A stretch of DNA of 64,000 bases from Candidatus Tectimicrobiota bacterium (GTDB lineage: Bacteria > JACPUC01): contig JACPUC010000009.1 of assembly GCA_016192455.1 (NCBI GenBank), positions 1-64,000 on the forward strand, written 5' to 3'. This document shows positions 59,347 to 64,000 of this stretch, one piece after another. Below the pieces are notes generated by a model. The model had not been told where the DNA came from. It ran no database searches and worked only from the letters and a program-made list of their open reading frames with translations. Positions within the stretch are counted from its first letter, which is position 1. Each line of letters begins with the position of its first letter. A program made the translations under genes and the position numbers.

Positions 59347-60408
59347 CTACCCCTTTCTTTTCGTAGGAGTATAGATACCTCGTTGCTTCAACGCCTCGAT
59401 GCTGCGTCGGTAAATCGCGATCCTCTCCGGCCTCTTCCCTGGCGGCTCGTTCAGGTAGAGATTCTTGGGGTAGATCGGCTGGTCATACATCAGCCGATAC
59501 TGCTCCATGCGCAGGTCCTTCAACCAGTTACCGAAGAGAACCTTCTCACGATACTCGCGCAGCGCTTCGATGTCGATCAGGCCGACGACGTAGGAGGGAC
59601 CGCCGGTGGAGCGCTTCGAGCGTACATCGCCCATGTAGTCCACGACCATGGAATGACCATGCACGTCAAGCGGCTCATCGGCATCCCCCATCTGATAGCG
59701 GCCCGCGATGGAGGGGGCGATGACATAGCAGGAGTTATCCAGGGCCCGCGCTCGGTTCTGTACCTCCCACCAGCCGAAGCCTACCCAAGGTTCCGGATAG
59801 GTGGAACGGTAGATGATCTCGGCGCCGTTCAACGCCAGTCCGCGCGCCGTCTCTGGGTAACTGCCATCCATGCAAACGAGGGTGCCGATCTTGCCAATCT
59901 CGGTGTCGGCAACGGGGTAGAAGGCGTTGAGGTCCTGGCCATACAGCTCCACCCATTTGTCCCAAACGTCGTGAGGCGTCAGGGAGTGCTCGTACGGCCA
60001 CATCTGCAACTTGTGGTACTTGTGGATGATCTCCCCCTTCGGGTCGATGATGAAGGCAATGTTGAAGAACCGATCCTCGAACTCGGGCTCGCGCGCCCGC
60101 ACCTGGCCGATAATGTAGCACTGGAACTCCCTGGCCTTCTCAGCCAGGATGGCGGTCTCCTCGCCGGGGACGGTGGTGTGCAACTCGCGCGCCGCCTTGA
60201 CGTGATCCCAATCGAAGATGGAATCAGTGAAGCCTTGAATCGCGCCTTCGCCAAGGGTGATCAGCTTGACCGGGAACTCGAGCGACCCCATCATGTAGGC
60301 GCTCTTCATCACTTTGCAGATGTGGTCGAGGTTTCTTTTACAGTCAGCTCTCGTCTCGATATTTCGCGTCGTTGTCTGCAAGGCGATCGCCGAGTATTGT
60401 TCCACCAT
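59347..60408 (-). CDS. Nitrilase-related carbon-nitrogen hydrolase
   Basis: E-K-C triad in LGEG, KYHK and LVCMDG; PETARGLALNGAEI; NRARALDN. Confidence 0.88.
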   Translation of the reverse strand: MVEQYSAIALQTTTRNIETRADCKRNLDHICKVMKSAYMMGSLEFPVKLITLGEGAIQGFTDSIFDWDHVKAARELHTTVPGEETAILAEKAREFQCYIIGQVRAREPEFEDRFFNIAFIIDPKGEIIHKYHKLQMWPYEHSLTPHDVWDKWVELYGQDLNAFYPVADTEIGKIGTLVCMDGSYPETARGLALNGAEIIYRSTYPEPWVGFGWWEVQNRARALDNSCYVIAPSIAGRYQMGDADEPLDVHGHSMVVDYMGDVRSKRSTGGPSYVVGLIDIEALREYREKVLFGNWLKDLRMEQYRLMYDQPIYPKNLYLNEPPGKRPERIAIYRRSIEALKQRGIYTPTKRKG

Positions 60409-60492
60409 GTTCCACTACTCCTTCACTGTTTCCCGCGCCGGAAGGCCATCCAGCTTCGCGCCTCTGAACGGCAACGGCCGAAGCGCCAGCCT

Positions 60493-60870
60493 TCAGGAAA
60501 ACTCCTTGCCCATGGCTTCCAACTCGTCGGCCAACGCTTCAATGCCGGCCCACAATGTCGGCAGGCCGGACGGGATGGTCGCCGTCTCGATGGCTTCCAG
60601 GACCTCCTTCGGCGTGGCGCCGCAGAGCAGCGCGCGCTTGATGTGCACGCGCGTGCCGCGGGCGCTCCCTTTCGCCGTGGTGACGGCGACCATGATGAGC
60701 TCCTTGATCTTCCGCGACAACGCCGCGTCCTCGCGCGCGAATGTCGCATCAGCATAGAAGCCCTTCAAGGCCTTGAAGTATTCGGGATCAAACTTGCTGA
60801 CCAGTTCGTATCCCCGATGATTGACGCCCATAGTGTCCTTCTGAAATTCCTGCAAGAGGTCCGTCGCCAT
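60493..60870 (-). CDS. Carboxymuconolactone decarboxylase family protein (no CxxC)
   Basis: ALSRKIKELIMVAV...HIKRALLCGATPKEVLEAI. Confidence 0.82.
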   Translation of the reverse strand: MATDLLQEFQKDTMGVNHRGYELVSKFDPEYFKALKGFYADATFAREDAALSRKIKELIMVAVTTAKGSARGTRVHIKRALLCGATPKEVLEAIETATIPSGLPTLWAGIEALADELEAMGKEFS

Positions 60871-61471
60871 ACCTGATCTCCTCCTTTCGAGCCGGTGGCG
60901 CGAGAGGTGACGGGCGCGAGAACTAGCCACGTAAGGTTACACTGACCCTGATCTCGGGTTACGCTTGGGGTTCTGGGAGGGATCGATAACTCTACGACTG
61001 CCGGGGTCCACGCACCCCAGGGAAGCTTCGTGCGAAGAGACCGTCGTCTGCTCGATGCGGACCTGGGCCGGGTGCTTCCTCTCAAGAGAGAAAGCCACCC
61101 CTCGGGCGATGCTCTGGCCGGCAATAAGCCGCCCCACCGCCCGGCGCTTGCCTCGCGGAGCTTGCGGGGCGCAGCCTTCCGGCAATGACCCAGGTAGGTC
61201 TAAACATGGCACACCTTGCACGCCGGCGCAAGGGCCTCCGCCCGATCACCGACATGGGGCGGGAGGTACAAGCTTCGTGGACACAACTCAAGCTGATAGA
61301 AAGAGACAATCAATTCCTGTATGATTGCCAGGAGCAAGAGTGCGAGCGAATGCTGCCGGGAGAGTCGTCGGAGGTGGTGAGCCACGGCTCCCCGGATCGA
61401 ACCCTTGCCTGCCACGGGCAGCGCCACGCCCTGCCAGGCGCCAGGCGCGCCGCACGGCGGGAGCCAGTGTG

Positions 61472-64000
61472 ATGGCCAGTCCCAGGCTCAATCTCTTCTC
61501 CCACCAGAGCAGGTTCTGTTGGCACGCCGCGACCGCGGGGGTGGTCGCCGCGCTCCTCCCCTTCCTTTTCCTTCTGCCTGCCTCCGCGGCCGAGAGACTC
61601 ACCCGTCAAGCGCGTGGGGCGGTCCTTTTCGAGCGACCGGGCCAGGAGCAGCGGCGAGGCATGCTGACGGCCCAGGCAAGGACGGCGGGAACCAGCCGGG
61701 CGCCGATCCGGGCAGCCGAAGGAGGGGCGGACCGGCCAGAAGTCCGCGTCGCCTCGCAAGCATCGGGCAACTGGCGCGCCCAGCGCTGGCGCTTGGTGCT
61801 TGAAACTGGAGGCGGCGTTCTCGGCGCGATCGCCCTCGGCTTCTGGGTACGCGTCTGGCGGCGGCGCCGCGCCGCTCCCACCCGCCCGCGGGAGCTTGGC
61901 GACGCCACGGCCTCCGCGGCGGTCCCCCAGCAGCGTCGGGAAGAGCCGGCGCCACAGCGCGCCCACCTTGAAGACTCTGTCCGAGCACGTACGGATGAGT
62001 TGCGGGAAGCGAATGAACAGTTCCGGCACGAGGTCGTCGAACGGCAGAAGATCGAGGAAACCTGGCGTGAAACGGAGGCCCGCTACCGCGATCTTTACGA
62101 TAACGCGCCAGACATGTACACCTCGGTAGACAGCTCCCTCACCCTGTTGATGTGCAACCTGACCTTCGCTCGCGCCCTGGGGTACAGCAGAGACGAACTT
62201 CTTGGCACGAGCTACTTCAGCTTGCTCGTGCCGGAAGAACGCGAGGCAGTATGGGCGAACTTGCAGCAGTTTCGAGCTGGGGGCGGAGAGCTGATCGTTG
62301 CCCGCACCCTGGTGTGTCGCGATGGCTCCACGCTGCCGGTGGAAGTGAACCTTCGCCCTCTCTACGACGCCACGGGCGAATTTGTCCGTCTGGATAGCTT
62401 CATTCGCGACATCCGCGATCGCAAGAAATGGGAGCGCGCCCTGCTGGAGAGCGAGCGCCGCTTCCGGACGCTCATCGAGAATGCCGCCGACGCGTTCTTT
62501 CTGCGAGATTTGCAGGGCAGGTTCGTCGATGTGAACCAGCAGGCCTGCAGCAGTTTGGGCTACACACGAGAGGAGCTGCTGCGGCTCTCGGTCACCGATC
62601 TTGACCCCGCGGTTACGCCAGAAAGGCTTGACGAGATTACCCGCCTGAGTGACTCTGGCAACCCACTTACCCTCCCCGGCCGCATCCGCCGCAAGGATGG
62701 CTCGACGTTTCCCGCCGAGGTGCGCCTGAACAAGATTTGCATCGATGACAAGCCCTTCATCCTGTCGCTTGTCCGAGACGTATCGAAGCAGAAAGAAGCC
62801 GAAGAGGCATTGCGGAGAAAGACTGAGCAGTTGAGCGTGATCACCGAGGCGATGAGTGTTGTCCTCGAGCGGCGAGACTGGCGGAAGGCGCTGCGCTTGG
62901 TCCTGCAAGCGCTCCTGCGTGAGACGTCCAGCAGCTACGGATTCGTTGGCGTGCGCATGGGCGGCTCGAATCTTCGCCTCCTCTGCTTTGAAGGGTTCGC
63001 CTGGGAGGCGGCGCGCCGCCCTGAGATCTACGAACAGATGATGAAGACCTATCAGGAGCAGGGCTACGTCGAGTTGAGCAACCCGCAGACCCTCTTCGGC
63101 GCGGTGATCGCCAGCGGCATGCCGGTGATCTCGAACGATCCACAATCAGACCCGCGCGCCGCGGACCTTCCAGCGGGCCATCCTCCTCTCGAGAACTTCC
63201 TCGGCGTGCCGATTTACATGGGCGAGCGCCTGGTTGGCATGATCGGCATTGCCAACCGCCCAGGGGGGTACGGCGCCGCGGAGCAGTCGATCGTGGAGGT
63301 CATGGCCCAGGCCGCCGCGGTGCTCTATGACTCCTACTTGCAGGAGCAGCACCAAGAAGAGATCGAACGGCATCTGCGCAGAAGCGAGAAACTTGCCAGT
63401 CTCGGAACCCTCGCCGCCGGCGCGGCGCATGAGATTCTGAACCCCGCCAACATCATCGGGCTGTACGCGCAGGGGCTTCTCGGGGGTGAAATCTCCGAGC
63501 GGACACGCCGCGCCTGCGGCATCTTTGTTCAGCAAGTGGAGCGCATCAGCACGATTTGCGGAGCGCTGCGCCGCATCTCTCGGGTAGATTCAGGGGATCG
63601 TTCGACGTTCCATCTGACGGCGCTCATCGAGGAGACGCTGCAGCTCCTCGAACCCGACCTGCGCTTCCACAACATCACGGTGGCGCTGCGGCTTGATGCG
63701 GAATCTGATGTCGTCGAGGCGAACCACGACGAGCTTACTCAGGTTCTCCTCAATCTCTGCAGTAATGCGAAGGATGCCATGCCGCAAGGCGGGCTCTTGA
63801 CGATCACCACGGAGACCATCCTCCGTGATGGGGAGACGTGCCTCCGGATTACTGTTGAAGACACCGGAGAGGGCATCCCGGAGGAATATATCGACCGCAT
63901 CTTTGATCCCTTCTTCACGACGAAGCCGCAGGATAAGGGTACCGGCCTTGGGTTATCGATCGCTCATGGCATCATCGAGAGCCACGGCGGCGCCATCCAG
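61472..64000 (+). CDS. PAS-PAS-GAF sensor histidine kinase (runs off the window; absent from the ORF track)
   Basis: Frame from ATG 61472 has two hydrophobic segments, RYRDLYDNAPDM, RFRTLIENAADA, FLGVPI (GAF), EKLASLGTLAAGAAHEILNP (H-box), DTGEGI and FDPFFTTK..GTGLGL. Start uncertain. Confidence 0.9.
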   Translation, partial: MASPRLNLFSHQSRFCWHAATAGVVAALLPFLFLLPASAAERLTRQARGAVLFERPGQEQRRGMLTAQARTAGTSRAPIRAAEGGADRPEVRVASQASGNWRAQRWRLVLETGGGVLGAIALGFWVRVWRRRRAAPTRPRELGDATASAAVPQQRREEPAPQRAHLEDSVRARTDELREANEQFRHEVVERQKIEETWRETEARYRDLYDNAPDMYTSVDSSLTLLMCNLTFARALGYSRDELLGTSYFSLLVPEEREAVWANLQQFRAGGGELIVARTLVCRDGSTLPVEVNLRPLYDATGEFVRLDSFIRDIRDRKKWERALLESERRFRTLIENAADAFFLRDLQGRFVDVNQQACSSLGYTREELLRLSVTDLDPAVTPERLDEITRLSDSGNPLTLPGRIRRKDGSTFPAEVRLNKICIDDKPFILSLVRDVSKQKEAEEALRRKTEQLSVITEAMSVVLERRDWRKALRLVLQALLRETSSSYGFVGVRMGGSNLRLLCFEGFAWEAARRPEIYEQMMKTYQEQGYVELSNPQTLFGAVIASGMPVISNDPQSDPRAADLPAGHPPLENFLGVPIYMGERLVGMIGIANRPGGYGAAEQSIVEVMAQAAAVLYDSYLQEQHQEEIERHLRRSEKLASLGTLAAGAAHEILNPANIIGLYAQGLLGGEISERTRRACGIFVQQVERISTICGALRRISRVDSGDRSTFHLTALIEETLQLLEPDLRFHNITVALRLDAESDVVEANHDELTQVLLNLCSNAKDAMPQGGLLTITTETILRDGETCLRITVEDTGEGIPEEYIDRIFDPFFTTKPQDKGTGLGLSIAHGIIESHGGAIQ

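Noticed and set aside
61207-61220. TGGCAC...TTGCA as a sigma-54 promoter
   Set aside because: The spacer is 3 nt rather than the required 5 nt.

Overview
GC-rich bacterial chromosomal segment; I cannot fix the lineage from the sequence alone. It has a housekeeping/metabolic core (gdhA, selC, ggt, asnS, dacB, liv ABC transporter, trxB, 2-oxoacid:ferredoxin oxidoreductase, eno, tRNA-Thr) and three restriction-modification loci. (1) A left defence island: SNF2 helicase, DUF4391, DUF262 fragment, type III Mod, RhuM, Res, two MNT-HEPN pairs and a serine resolvase. (2) A solitary type ISP/IIG-like gene. (3) A type III-like Res-GxxExxY-Mod locus next to tRNA-Thr. The most striking signal is a family of ~30-bp arms built from three or four 9-10-nt units (core CAGAT/CGGAT, with a CAGAG variant). 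Two arms form 31-bp inverted repeats that coincide with both ends of the GxxExxY PD-(D/E)XK gene. Related arms occur as three frame-preserving hairpin clusters inside the adjacent methyltransferase, in a 78-bp tandem duplication, and in an intergenic cluster about 31 kb away. This suggests a GxxExxY-associated mobile palindrome system (inference). Also present: a CTAG-ended MITE-like family in two copies, GTAG-type REPs, low-GC target-recognition segments, two enzymes lacking canonical catalytic residues, and several deletion or frameshift pseudogenes. All family assignments come from motif recognition by eye; no searches were run.
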